A stretch of 64,000 bases of DNA from Gammaproteobacteria bacterium (GCA_003331625.1 QOPF01000002.1:1482-65481), one strand, 5' to 3'. Numbered from the stretch's first letter, positions 43,035 to 52,592 are shown. Notes: generated by a model from the sequence alone, not told the origin. Program-made: numbers and translations.

Positions 43035-43898
43035 TCAATCCTTAGAAAATAAATCGTCTATTTTTTTCTCGTACGTATGATAGTCGAGAATTTCATATAA
43101 TTCATCCCGAGATTGCATTTTTTGAATAATATCTTCGACATTGCCTTCGTTAGAAATCGCTGTATAAACTTCTAAGGCCGCCTTAGACATTGCTCTAAAT
43201 GCACTTAACGGATGAAGAATTAAACTTATGCCTGAATCTTTAAGCTCATTCTTTGAGAATAAAGGAGTCATTCCAAATTCGGTAATGTTTGCTAAAACCG
43301 GAACATTTATAGCGCTACATAAAATTTTATAATCTTCTAGTCTTATTATTGCTTCAGGAAATAATGCATTAGCTCCAGCATCTACATATTGATTTGCCCT
43401 ATCAATTACTCCATTTATCCCTTCTTTTGCAAAAGAATCTGTTCTTGCCATCAACATAAAATCTTCATTATCAATAGAATCTCTTGATGCTTTTATCCTG
43501 TCACACATTTCGTTTTTTGAAACAATTTCTTTGTTAGGACGATGTCCGCATCTTTTTTCTGACACCTGATCTTCAATGTGTATTCCTGTTGCACCTGCAG
43601 AAATCATTTCTCTTGTAGTTTTAGAAATATTCAAACCAGAACCCCAGCCGGTATCGCAATCTACAAGCACAGGTAAATCTGATATTCCTCTAATTCGGCG
43701 AAGATCTTCGAGTACATTGTCTAGAGAAGTTAAAGCCAGATCAGGAAGTCCATAAGAAGCATTGGCTACTCCTGCTCCTGAAATATATAAAGCTTTAATA
43801 CCACTTTTTTTTGCTAATAAAGCAGCAAAGGGATTAATCGCTCCAGCTACAGATAAAGGTTTTTCGGATTTTAAAAGTTTAAAAAAAGAGTCTGGCAT
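43035..43898 (-). CDS. prpB: methylisocitrate lyase
   Basis: It has the ICL/PEP-mutase fold with DCDTGWG and IEDQVSEKRCGH. Confidence 0.92.
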   Translation of the reverse strand: MPDSFFKLLKSEKPLSVAGAINPFAALLAKKSGIKALYISGAGVANASYGLPDLALTSLDNVLEDLRRIRGISDLPVLVDCDTGWGSGLNISKTTREMISAGATGIHIEDQVSEKRCGHRPNKEIVSKNEMCDRIKASRDSIDNEDFMLMARTDSFAKEGINGVIDRANQYVDAGANALFPEAIIRLEDYKILCSAINVPVLANITEFGMTPLFSKNELKDSGISLILHPLSAFRAMSKAALEVYTAISNEGNVEDIIQKMQSRDELYEILDYHTYEKKIDDLFSKD

Positions 43899-44494
43899 TA
43901 TTTATGCTCTAATAAAATTGATTTAAGCTCTCCATGATTTGAGGCAGTTAACAAATGTGGGAATTCTTCTTTAATATGCTTTGGAGCTTGAAAAAAAATT
44001 CCTAAATCAGCAGTATTTAGCATGTTGATATCGTTATAAGAATCTCCTGAAGCGAAAACCTTGTACTTTAAAGACTGTAATGCTTCTATTACTTTTTGCT
44101 TGTTATTTTCTTGTCTGAGTTTGTAACCAGTTATTTCATCATTCTCTACTGTCATGTTGTGACAAATAATAGCTGGATAGCCAAGCTTCTCAACCAGTGG
44201 CCAGGCCAATTCGTAAAAAGTATCTGAAACTATAGTCACTTGAAATTCTGATCTGGCCCAATTGAGAAAATCTTGGGCTCCTTCAAAAGGTTTTATTTCT
44301 TTTACAATATTTTGAATGTCACTTAATTTAATATTTTTTTCTCTTACAACTTTCATTCTTAAAGACATTAGTTCGTCATAGTCTTTAAGGTCTTGTGTAG
44401 TAAGCATTAAATCGTCTGAATTAACCTCTTTTGCAAGACATTGCCATATCTCAGGAATTAGGACGCCTTCAAAATCTAAACAGAGATGTACCAT
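43898..44494 (-). CDS. thrH: phosphoserine phosphatase / homoserine phosphotransferase ThrH
   Basis: Similarity to my recollection of P. aeruginosa ThrH is near full length. Matching blocks are LDFEGVLIPEIW, FQVTIVSDTFYE, GYKLRQ and SGDSYNDINML. It is about the same length (198 aa). Confidence 0.8.
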   Translation of the reverse strand: MVHLCLDFEGVLIPEIWQCLAKEVNSDDLMLTTQDLKDYDELMSLRMKVVREKNIKLSDIQNIVKEIKPFEGAQDFLNWARSEFQVTIVSDTFYELAWPLVEKLGYPAIICHNMTVENDEITGYKLRQENNKQKVIEALQSLKYKVFASGDSYNDINMLNTADLGIFFQAPKHIKEEFPHLLTASNHGELKSILLEHK

Positions 44495-44499
44495 TATTG

Positions 44500-45474
44500 T
44501 TATCTTCGAATAAGCTTTATACTTTCAAAAACTTTATCTAAATCTTTTTTTGATTTTGTTGCGCATGCCTTAGCAACAATTTTTTTTGACAAGTGAGGAG
44601 CAAACATATTGATAAATTCGAAAAGATGACTTCTTAAATATGTTCCTCTTCTAAATCCCATAAAAGTAGTTCCCGAATCAAATAGATGATTAGCAGGTAT
44701 TGATATTAGGTCTTTATCTTCCTCTTCATTGAAAGCCATGCTTGCTATGATTCCTACGCCAGTTCCCATTTTCACATAGGTTTTTATTACATCAGCATCA
44801 GTCGCAGTAAAGACAACATTTGCTTTCAATCCTCTTTCGAAGAAGGCTCTATCTAAATCGTTACTTCCAGTAAATCCAAAAACATAAGTTACGATTGGAT
44901 ATTGAGAAAGATCTTTTAATTTAATCTTTGGAATAGACGCCAAGGGATGACCTTTGGGAACTATGATACTTCTTGACCACTTGTAGCAAGGCATCTTAAC
45001 CAAATTTTCTCCTTTTTCAGTAGTTTCTGTCCATAAAGCTATATCTACTTCCCCTTTAGCTGCCATTTCAACTGATTCATCTGGAGTGCATTGATGCATT
45101 TGAAAATGGACATTTGGGTATCGCTTAACAAATTTATCAACTACTTTAGGCAAGGTAAATTTTGCTTGTGTATGGGTTGTTGCAATACTTAATGTTCCGT
45201 ATTCTTCATCGGAAAATTCTGTAGCGGCATGTTTTATGCCATCTACCAAGGCTAAGATTTCTTCTATTTGCTCAAGAATTCTTTCGCCAACTGGTGTAAT
45301 AGCTACAAGATGCTTGCCAGATCTTTCGAATAATTCAACATCAAGCTCTTCTTCTAAGAGCTTTATTTGTTTGCTTATCCCAGGTTGAGAGGTGAAAAGG
45401 GTTTTAGAAGCTTTTGAAACATTTAGATTGCTTCTAGCTACTTCTCTTACATAAACTAGTTGTTGAAATTTCAT
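44500..45474 (-). CDS. cysB: LysR-family transcriptional regulator CysB
   Basis: 324 aa, the same as E. coli CysB. Shared blocks are NLNVS..TSQPGISKQ, RSGKHL, IATTHTQA, VTY.FGFTG and VFTATDADVIKTYV..G.GVG.IASMA. Confidence 0.82.
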   Translation of the reverse strand: MKFQQLVYVREVARSNLNVSKASKTLFTSQPGISKQIKLLEEELDVELFERSGKHLVAITPVGERILEQIEEILALVDGIKHAATEFSDEEYGTLSIATTHTQAKFTLPKVVDKFVKRYPNVHFQMHQCTPDESVEMAAKGEVDIALWTETTEKGENLVKMPCYKWSRSIIVPKGHPLASIPKIKLKDLSQYPIVTYVFGFTGSNDLDRAFFERGLKANVVFTATDADVIKTYVKMGTGVGIIASMAFNEEEDKDLISIPANHLFDSGTTFMGFRRGTYLRSHLFEFINMFAPHLSKKIVAKACATKSKKDLDKVFESIKLIRR

Positions 45475-45567
45475 CTTTCATCTTAATATACTATATTTCG
45501 TTTAATTATAAAAAACTTTATTTTAAATACTTTTAATTAGATGAGAAATTCTACCATTGTCTTCTAA

Positions 45568-45587
45568 TACTGTATATAATTACAGTT
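45568..45587 (+). promoter_or_regulatory. LexA operator (SOS box) directly abutting the lexA start codon
   Basis: TACTGTATATAATTACAGTT matches the gammaproteobacterial consensus TACTGTATATATATACAGTA at 17/20 positions. CTGT (45570-73) and ACAG (45582-85) are separated by N8. The lexA ATG is at 45588. Confidence 0.8.
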
Positions 45588-46190
45588 ATGAATAATTTAA
45601 CAAAAAGACAAGCTGAAATATTTAATTTCGTAAAAGATGAAATTGAAAATAATGGATATCCCCCTACTCGATCTGAGATTTCGAAAATGTTTGGTTTTAA
45701 ATCACCAAATGCTGCTGAAGATCATCTGAAAGCTCTTCAGAGAAAAGGAGTGCTTGATATTGCTGCTGGTACTTCAAGAGGAATAACTCTTTCTGCAGAG
45801 TCTACAGGTATTCCTGTAGTTGGATTAGTGAGTGCTGGAGGGCCTATTTTAGCTGAACAGAATATTGAAAAGACAATTCCTAATAATCCTGGAATCCTTG
45901 CTCATGGTGTTGATTTTTATCTGAAAGTAAAGGGAGACAGCATGATAGAAGTAGGAATATTTGAAAATGATTTGATTGCTATTAATCAAAAAATGCCTGT
46001 TAAAGTTGGAAATATTGTTGTGGCAAGGATAAATGACGAAGTAACTGTCAAAACTCTAAATAAGATTTCAGATAATTTAGTAGTTCTTAAGCCAGAAAAT
46101 TCTTCATATTCTGAAATTGAAATTAATCCAAAAAAAGATAATTTGGTCTTTGAGGGTACGTGCGTTGGTTTGCTTCGTGATTTTTCTTAA
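45588..46190 (+). CDS. lexA: LexA repressor
   Basis: It has an N-terminal wHTH (LTKRQAEIFNFVKDEIENNGYPPTRSEI). The cleavage region contains VSAGGPI. The S24 peptidase Ser is in VKGDSM and the Lys is in VARINDEVTVK. Confidence 0.96.
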   Translation: MNNLTKRQAEIFNFVKDEIENNGYPPTRSEISKMFGFKSPNAAEDHLKALQRKGVLDIAAGTSRGITLSAESTGIPVVGLVSAGGPILAEQNIEKTIPNNPGILAHGVDFYLKVKGDSMIEVGIFENDLIAINQKMPVKVGNIVVARINDEVTVKTLNKISDNLVVLKPENSSYSEIEINPKKDNLVFEGTCVGLLRDFS

Positions 46191-48760
46191 ATCTTTTTAA
46201 AACTCTCAATAGAAAAGGCATCTTTGATTAATTTATCTTGGTCTTCTTCTTCAAGTTTATAGAAGTCGTTTGGACACTCAACTTCTTTTTCCCCGCATTT
46301 TATATACTTTACGAACTTAAATGCCTTTCCAGGTTTTCTAATTTTTATACCAATAGGTCTTTGATCATTCGGATGAAAACCTATAATTCGTAAAGCTTTT
46401 AAAACAAATGTTCTAGTTTCTTTATTTTCATAATCTAATTCATTTGGATTGTAGTAAGAAACTTTTGGATTTTTTGGCTTATCATCTGGAGGGAGTTTTG
46501 ATGCCTTATTAAAACCATCAAATTCAGTATATTCTCCGAACCTTCCGTTTTTTAGAAAAATAGGAATCCCACTATTTTCTTCTGTAAACAGTATGTTCTC
46601 ACCGGAATCTCTTTCAATAAGTTCTACTGCCCTATTTAGCCCAATATCTAAAATATTTTCGTCTTCATCAGGACTACCATATATTTTCTTTTCATCTCTT
46701 AATGTCCAAACACACGGACCATTGATACTCATATCTGCATAAATCATTTCATTAAGATCCGGATGTTCGCCAAGTTCTTTTGGTAACAATTTATATGTTT
46801 CCCAAGTGGTAGAAAAGTCAAAAGGTTTTTTTGTCCATTTGCATTCTGAGCAACCAACAAAATATCCAAACTTTCCTTTTTTAAGACTTGTCTCGCTTGA
46901 ACATTTAGGACAATCTCTCAAAATTTTTCCTTCTTCATTCCTTGGAAAGATTACTTCTTCTAACTCTTGATTTAATAAATCTAAAACTTGTCTAGTTTTA
47001 AAATTTTCAGCATCATTTAGAGGTATTCCATCTATTTCTTTATTTAAATAACTTTGTAACTCTGCCCAAAATTTATCTAAGACATCAGTCCATGAAAGAG
47101 TTCCTTCCGCAATTTTATCTAATTCTTCTTCAAGCTCAGCGGTAAACTTTGTTTCAATGAAGAACTTTTCATAAACTCCGCATAAGTATGAATTTAAAAC
47201 TCTTCCTAGGTCTGAAGGAGCTATAGATTTTGCACCATAAGCATATTTTTTATCTCTTAATCCTTTGACGGTAGACGCGTAAGTAGAAGGCCTGCCGATC
47301 CCAAGCTCTTCCATTTTTTTTATTAATGAAGCTTCAGAATATCTATTAGGAGGAAGAGTAAATTTTTGCTCAGAAATTATTTCAGATAGTTTGACTTCTA
47401 CATTTTCTTTTAGAGAGTCAGGAAATTTTATTTCTTCTGAGGTATTTTTTGAAAAAAGAGTCTCAAAACCTTCGAAGATATTTTTTCTGGAGGCAGCATT
47501 AAATAAATACTTGCCATCTTCTGAATTAATAACGATCTTTTTTCTTTCATATTGAGCATTAGACATTTGACTTGAAACCGTCCTATTCCAGATTAAAGAA
47601 TAAAGTTTTTGTTCGTCTTGTCCTAAATTAAGATTTTCTGGAAAGGTTTGTATATTTGTTGGTCTGATCGCCTCATGTGCTTCCTGAGAATTCTTTACTT
47701 TTGATTTGTATATTCTTACTTTTTCGGAAAGAAACTCTTTTCCATATTTTTGGTTTATGACATTTCTAATTTCTTCTAAAGGCGGAGGTCCTGGGTTTTC
47801 TTCAGAAAAAGGTTCTCCAGTATTTGGAGATGTACTGATATTAATTCCATCAGTCCTCAGATAAGTTATTAGCCCTGCCTCATAGAGACTCTGTGCCGAC
47901 CTCATTGTTCTGTCTGCAGTAAAGCCTAAAAAACTGCTTGCTGTCATTTGTAACGTAGAAGTTCTAAATGGGGGATTGGGAGAACTACTTTGAGACTTAG
48001 TCTCTATAGTCTTTACTATAAAAGTTGTAGATTTTAATTCCGTGCTGACATCTTTTACTTCATTTTCTGAAGATAAAGGTTCTTTCTTAACATCTCTATC
48101 CTCTATTTTAATTAAGTCAGCATCAAAAATAAATTTTTCAAAGTTTAATTTTAAAGATATAGGCCAGTATTCTTCTTTTTGATGTTTATCTCTTTCACTT
48201 TCCCTTTCGCAGATTATTCTCAATGAGGGGGACTGTACTCGGCCAGCAGATTTTGCAGGAGGTGCGTGTCTCCAAACTAGCGGTGATACTTTGAAACCTA
48301 TTAAATGGTCTAAAATTCGTCTAGCTAAATATGCATCTACCAAATCTTGATCTATTTCTCTAGGTGAGTTCACAGCCTGTTTTATGGCTGAAGGAGTAAT
48401 TTCATTGAACGTAATTCTTTTGACTTTTATTTCTTTTAGAAGTTTTTTATCAGAAAAATCAGAAAATAAGTGCCATGAAATTGCCTCTCCCTCTCTATCA
48501 GGATCCGTAGCTAAATATAAGGTATCAATTGTTTTGCAAATCTTCCTAAGTTCTCGAATAGTTTTTTTGCCCTTTTGAGTTTCTTGCCAAAAAAGGTCAG
48601 GCCAGTTATTAGGATTAACTGCGGATTCATCATCCGATAAATCTCTTATGTGGCCTAAACATGCAGCCACTTCCCAATCTTGATTAGGGAAATTCTTATA
48701 AAGATAATCGGTAATTTTGGTTGCTTTAGCTCCTGATTCTACTATGACTAAATTTTTCAT
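46187..48760 (-). CDS. topA: DNA topoisomerase I
   Basis: It has Toprim LVIVESGAKA and ATDPDREGEAISWH and the active-site Tyr block ITYLRTDG. C-terminal zinc ribbons are present (CPKCSS...CSECKW). Confidence 0.96.
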   Translation of the reverse strand: MKNLVIVESGAKATKITDYLYKNFPNQDWEVAACLGHIRDLSDDESAVNPNNWPDLFWQETQKGKKTIRELRKICKTIDTLYLATDPDREGEAISWHLFSDFSDKKLLKEIKVKRITFNEITPSAIKQAVNSPREIDQDLVDAYLARRILDHLIGFKVSPLVWRHAPPAKSAGRVQSPSLRIICERESERDKHQKEEYWPISLKLNFEKFIFDADLIKIEDRDVKKEPLSSENEVKDVSTELKSTTFIVKTIETKSQSSSPNPPFRTSTLQMTASSFLGFTADRTMRSAQSLYEAGLITYLRTDGINISTSPNTGEPFSEENPGPPPLEEIRNVINQKYGKEFLSEKVRIYKSKVKNSQEAHEAIRPTNIQTFPENLNLGQDEQKLYSLIWNRTVSSQMSNAQYERKKIVINSEDGKYLFNAASRKNIFEGFETLFSKNTSEEIKFPDSLKENVEVKLSEIISEQKFTLPPNRYSEASLIKKMEELGIGRPSTYASTVKGLRDKKYAYGAKSIAPSDLGRVLNSYLCGVYEKFFIETKFTAELEEELDKIAEGTLSWTDVLDKFWAELQSYLNKEIDGIPLNDAENFKTRQVLDLLNQELEEVIFPRNEEGKILRDCPKCSSETSLKKGKFGYFVGCSECKWTKKPFDFSTTWETYKLLPKELGEHPDLNEMIYADMSINGPCVWTLRDEKKIYGSPDEDENILDIGLNRAVELIERDSGENILFTEENSGIPIFLKNGRFGEYTEFDGFNKASKLPPDDKPKNPKVSYYNPNELDYENKETRTFVLKALRIIGFHPNDQRPIGIKIRKPGKAFKFVKYIKCGEKEVECPNDFYKLEEEDQDKLIKDAFSIESFKKI

Positions 48761-48793
48761 CCTTTTTAATATGTGACATTTTTTATATATTTG

Positions 48794-49825
48794 TCAAGAA
48801 GAGGAAACTTTTAAAGCTTCCTTAAGCAGAGTATTTCCGTAATAAATATATCCGGTATATAACTGAACTAAATCAGCTGAATGTAAAAATCTATCTTCAA
48901 CATCATCTTTACTCATGATTCCTCCTGATGCAATCAGAATAGATTTGTCTGATTTAAGTTCTGAAACTTTTTGTTGAATAATTAGAGATTTATTGCTTAA
49001 AAGAGAACCGCTCATACCCCCAGATACTTTATAACCGTGATTGACAGAGGTATTGGTACAAATAAATCCATCTAAGTTATTTTTTTCTGCAACTTGTATT
49101 ATATTTTTTAAATTTATGTCTGATTCGTCAGGTGAAATTTTTAAAAAAATTGGAGTCTTTTTTTTATGCAAATTGTAAAGTTGGGTTTTCTTTTCAGAAA
49201 TTTTTTTTAACAGAAAATCTACATTTTCATTCGAGGATAGTTCTCTTAGATTTTTAGTATTTGGAGAAGAAATGTTTATTGCAAGATAATCTGCTTCTAG
49301 AAAAAAGTAATCCATGAGATGAAGATAATCTTTCCAAGCATTCTTTAATTTAGTATTTTTGCTTTTACCAATACTTACTCCCAAAACTCCATTAAATTCT
49401 GGCTTAAATTTTTTTATGTTCTTTAGTATTTTGACAGCCCCGGAATTATTAAAGCCAAGCGTATTAACTAAAGTTTTATCTCTAACAAATCTAAATAATC
49501 TAGGTTTTGGATTTCCTTTTTGAGGCTCAAGAGTTACTGTCCCAACTTCAACAAAACCAAAGCCTAGATGCCCAAAAATATGAAAAAATTCAGCATTTTT
49601 ATCAAGACCTCCAGCAATTCCTATTTTATTTTTAAATTTTATTCCTGCTAGTTCGATTTTGGGTAAATTTATAGAATTTGAGTATGAAAAAAGATTCAAT
49701 AAATTAAATTGATAAATAATTTTAAGAAAAAAGAGGGTTAAATTCTTCGCAAATTCTGGAGGAAGGATTCTTGTGAAAGCTAAATAAAATTTTTCAATGA
49801 ATTTTCTTAATTTAATCAAGGGCAC
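48794..49825 (-). CDS. pyrD: dihydroorotate dehydrogenase (quinone), class 2
   Basis: It has an N-terminal membrane-association helix, plus GFVEVGTVT, GFNNSG and NISSPNT. The start is GTG at 49825 (a TTG at 49819 is also possible). Confidence 0.9.
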   Translation of the reverse strand: MPLIKLRKFIEKFYLAFTRILPPEFAKNLTLFFLKIIYQFNLLNLFSYSNSINLPKIELAGIKFKNKIGIAGGLDKNAEFFHIFGHLGFGFVEVGTVTLEPQKGNPKPRLFRFVRDKTLVNTLGFNNSGAVKILKNIKKFKPEFNGVLGVSIGKSKNTKLKNAWKDYLHLMDYFFLEADYLAINISSPNTKNLRELSSNENVDFLLKKISEKKTQLYNLHKKKTPIFLKISPDESDINLKNIIQVAEKNNLDGFICTNTSVNHGYKVSGGMSGSLLSNKSLIIQQKVSELKSDKSILIASGGIMSKDDVEDRFLHSADLVQLYTGYIYYGNTLLKEALKVSSS

Positions 49826-52592
49826 TTATTGCAGCAGCTGCAGTAGCAAAATTCGCTAAAATCGGAGTAAATATTCTAAATATCGATATGGCATTAAATG
49901 GAGTGGAATCTCTAGGAACAATTATAGTTGAACCAGGTTCGATTTTACTTCTGCCAATTCTCCACCTGTCGACGTTCCTTATAGCCTGTCCATTAGGTAA
50001 GATGACAAAAATACCTCGTTTATCTGCTGAATCAGCAAAACCACCTGCTAATTTTATGTAATCGTTTACTCTTAAATTTTTTGAAAACACAAAACTTGTG
50101 GGAGATAGAACTTCTCCAGTAACAGTTACAGTTGATTTTTCAGAAGGAATATAAATTCTATCGCCTGAAGATAAGACCATATCAATTTCAGGATTTTTAT
50201 TTAAATTATCTAAATTCATTTCTGTAACGATTCTTCCTATAGGCGAAATATTTTTAAGTCTCGTAATAAGGTTTGATATAACTGATAGGGCTAATTGTGG
50301 ATTGCCTGTATTAGAAATTGCTCCGCTAGTTAAAGAAGTAGCTATTCCTTCTTCAAGCTGATCTGCCGCTTTAGCAAAAGCTTCTTTTTCTCTTTTTGCG
50401 ACTGTAACTCTTGTGAATACTCCACCATAAGGGTAGGCATTTTTTTCATATCCTCCTGCCCTTTCTAAAAGAGAACTTAATTTTTCTCCTTTTGCAATTG
50501 AGTAAGTTCCTGGATTCTTAATAAAACCACTGATAGATACTGAAAAAGTTTCTTGTTTATTGGGATCTTGCTGCAAAACAATTGATTTAGGGAATTCTGA
50601 AGATTCTAAAAGAATATTAGAATCTCTGAAATCAATATTTTCGAGATTATCCATTGAGTAAAAAATTTCATAATTTCCAGATTTTCCTAAATTTGATGCG
50701 CCGCCAGCGAAAGAAGTAAGGCTTTTTAAATTGATATTATTAGTTATTGGATAAAAACCTGGCTTTCTAACTTCGCCGCTCAAAAGAGTGGCATTTTCCA
50801 AAGCAACGATTAATAAATCTGGATTATCTTCAAATATTTTTGGACAGCCCTCATTTAGACCCAATCTATCTGAGATATTAGTTTCTGAAGTAGAAAATTT
50901 TAGACTTTGCAAATTTGTAACTAAAGTGGAAGCATTAAAACTAGCTGCATATTTTAAGGACTTACAAGGATATCTATCATCTGGAATAAATTGAACTAGA
51001 TTTTTTTTTAATAAATTTAACCTTTCTTTCTTTTGTTCTTCTGATTCAAAATTTAAAGAATTTAATGTCGAAGAAGATTGATTGATAGAATCAAATTTAA
51101 TTGGAGGGTTTCCAGAAAATTGTGTTGCATTTAAATATGCTTGTTCAGCTTTTCTTTTCTCTTCAGCATAGAAATTGTCTAATTCTGTCTTATCATCTTC
51201 GTTAAGAAGACTCAAAGCATCGGCAAGTAATGCTGAATTAATGAAATCAATGTCGTACTCAGAAAAAATATAAATTGAATCATTGGGGAGAAGTTTGAAG
51301 CTATCTCTTGTTTCTTTATTTAGATCAACTGAAATCTTCTCTCGTGAAGCTCCGCCATTTTTTCTAGAAATTATGCTAAAAGGTAAGTAAGTAGAATCGG
51401 TTAAATCATTTTCATCAATAAAATCAGACAAAGTACTTCCTTCTTTGTAAGAATAAATCCCCCTGCTATTAACAAATCCTTCGATAGTAATATTGTTTGC
51501 CAGTTTTCCTGATAAATCATGAATAAAAATTTCATCTGCGTCCTTAAGCTCAATTTTGCTGATTTCTTCAAGAGAATAATCTGTGAATTCCCTTTGTCCA
51601 AAATTGTTTATTCTGCTTAAAGTAATTCTTTTATTATCTGCTTTGCTGGACAATCCAGAAGCAAAATTAAGAACATCATCAAAGGATTCATTTTCTAGAA
51701 CTTCGTAAATAGCTGGTCTATTAACATTTCCCCAAACTTTAACCCTACTTCCGACAGGATTTATCAATAATGCATCTCCAGATTGGATTCTTAAATCATT
51801 ACTAGTATTAGCGTTTATAAGGAGATCGTATAGATCAAGAGAGCCAATCACCTCATTATTTCTTTTTAAAGAAATATTTCTCAAAGATCCATTTTCTGAT
51901 GGCCCTTCGGTATTAAAAAGAATGCTTGAAATAGAAGATAAGGGAGAAAGATTGTAAGAGCCTGGATTTTTAGAATTGCCTAGAACAAAGACTTGGATTG
52001 TTCTTAGTCTAGACAATGATATTTCAACTTCCGTACCTATCAGAGACGCTTCTGTAACGTTTTTAAGTTTTTCTGAAGCTTCATTAAAAGTTAAGCCGCT
52101 TAGAGAAATAGTTCCCAATTCTCTTAAAAATACATTTCCTTCTCTATTAATCGAAACTTTTTTTATAGCCTGAATACTTCCTGAAAAATTTATTGAGAGT
52201 TCGTCTCCTGGTCCAAGGACATAATCTTTAGGAGCCGAAATAATTCCACGCGTCTGAAAAGAATCTTTAGATTTAAAAAGATCGTAACCGAAAAATTCTG
52301 GAATTTCATTTCCGTAATCATCGAACTCTTTAAATTGTTCATTGTCTTGGCTTCTTAAATTTCTTTGAACTTCATTTAGTTCCATATAATCAGAACTGTC
52401 TTCCACATCGTTTGATAGTCTAGATTCTACTGATGATCTTACTGAATCAGGAAGAAAATTAAGGTACTGCTCGTAATCTTCTACCTGCGAAAAAGAATTA
52501 TTCAAGAGAAAGATAAACAGAGCGTACTTAAATTTATTTAACAATTGGAAGTCCCCAATATAATTTTGACCTACATGCTTCAAAATAATCAT
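49812..52592 (-). CDS. large outer-membrane polysaccharide export (OPX, Wza-like) protein with about six SLBB repeats
   Basis: The Poly_export motif is YVLGPGDELSINFSG...REGNVFLRELGTISLSGLT. Six G-x-V-x-x-P-G-x-Y-type SLBB starts are present: VLGNSKNPGSYNL, VWGNVNRPAIYEV, IEGFVNSRGIYSY, LSGEVRKPGFYPI, ISGFIKNPGTYSI, VTGEVLSPTSFVF. The tail is amphipathic (FRIFTPILANFATAAAAISALD), like the Wza C-terminal helix. An alternative TTG start at 52544 gives a cleaner signal peptide (MLNKFKYALFIFLLNNSFSQ). Confidence 0.85.
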   Translation of the reverse strand: MIILKHVGQNYIGDFQLLNKFKYALFIFLLNNSFSQVEDYEQYLNFLPDSVRSSVESRLSNDVEDSSDYMELNEVQRNLRSQDNEQFKEFDDYGNEIPEFFGYDLFKSKDSFQTRGIISAPKDYVLGPGDELSINFSGSIQAIKKVSINREGNVFLRELGTISLSGLTFNEASEKLKNVTEASLIGTEVEISLSRLRTIQVFVLGNSKNPGSYNLSPLSSISSILFNTEGPSENGSLRNISLKRNNEVIGSLDLYDLLINANTSNDLRIQSGDALLINPVGSRVKVWGNVNRPAIYEVLENESFDDVLNFASGLSSKADNKRITLSRINNFGQREFTDYSLEEISKIELKDADEIFIHDLSGKLANNITIEGFVNSRGIYSYKEGSTLSDFIDENDLTDSTYLPFSIISRKNGGASREKISVDLNKETRDSFKLLPNDSIYIFSEYDIDFINSALLADALSLLNEDDKTELDNFYAEEKRKAEQAYLNATQFSGNPPIKFDSINQSSSTLNSLNFESEEQKKERLNLLKKNLVQFIPDDRYPCKSLKYAASFNASTLVTNLQSLKFSTSETNISDRLGLNEGCPKIFEDNPDLLIVALENATLLSGEVRKPGFYPITNNINLKSLTSFAGGASNLGKSGNYEIFYSMDNLENIDFRDSNILLESSEFPKSIVLQQDPNKQETFSVSISGFIKNPGTYSIAKGEKLSSLLERAGGYEKNAYPYGGVFTRVTVAKREKEAFAKAADQLEEGIATSLTSGAISNTGNPQLALSVISNLITRLKNISPIGRIVTEMNLDNLNKNPEIDMVLSSGDRIYIPSEKSTVTVTGEVLSPTSFVFSKNLRVNDYIKLAGGFADSADKRGIFVILPNGQAIRNVDRWRIGRSKIEPGSTIIVPRDSTPFNAISIFRIFTPILANFATAAAAISALD

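Noticed and set aside
48761-48793. A LexA box or other operator in the pyrD-topA spacer.
   Set aside because: No CTGT-N8-ACAG is present. The spacer is only an AT-rich stretch with an AAAAGG SD-like element directly before the topA ATG.
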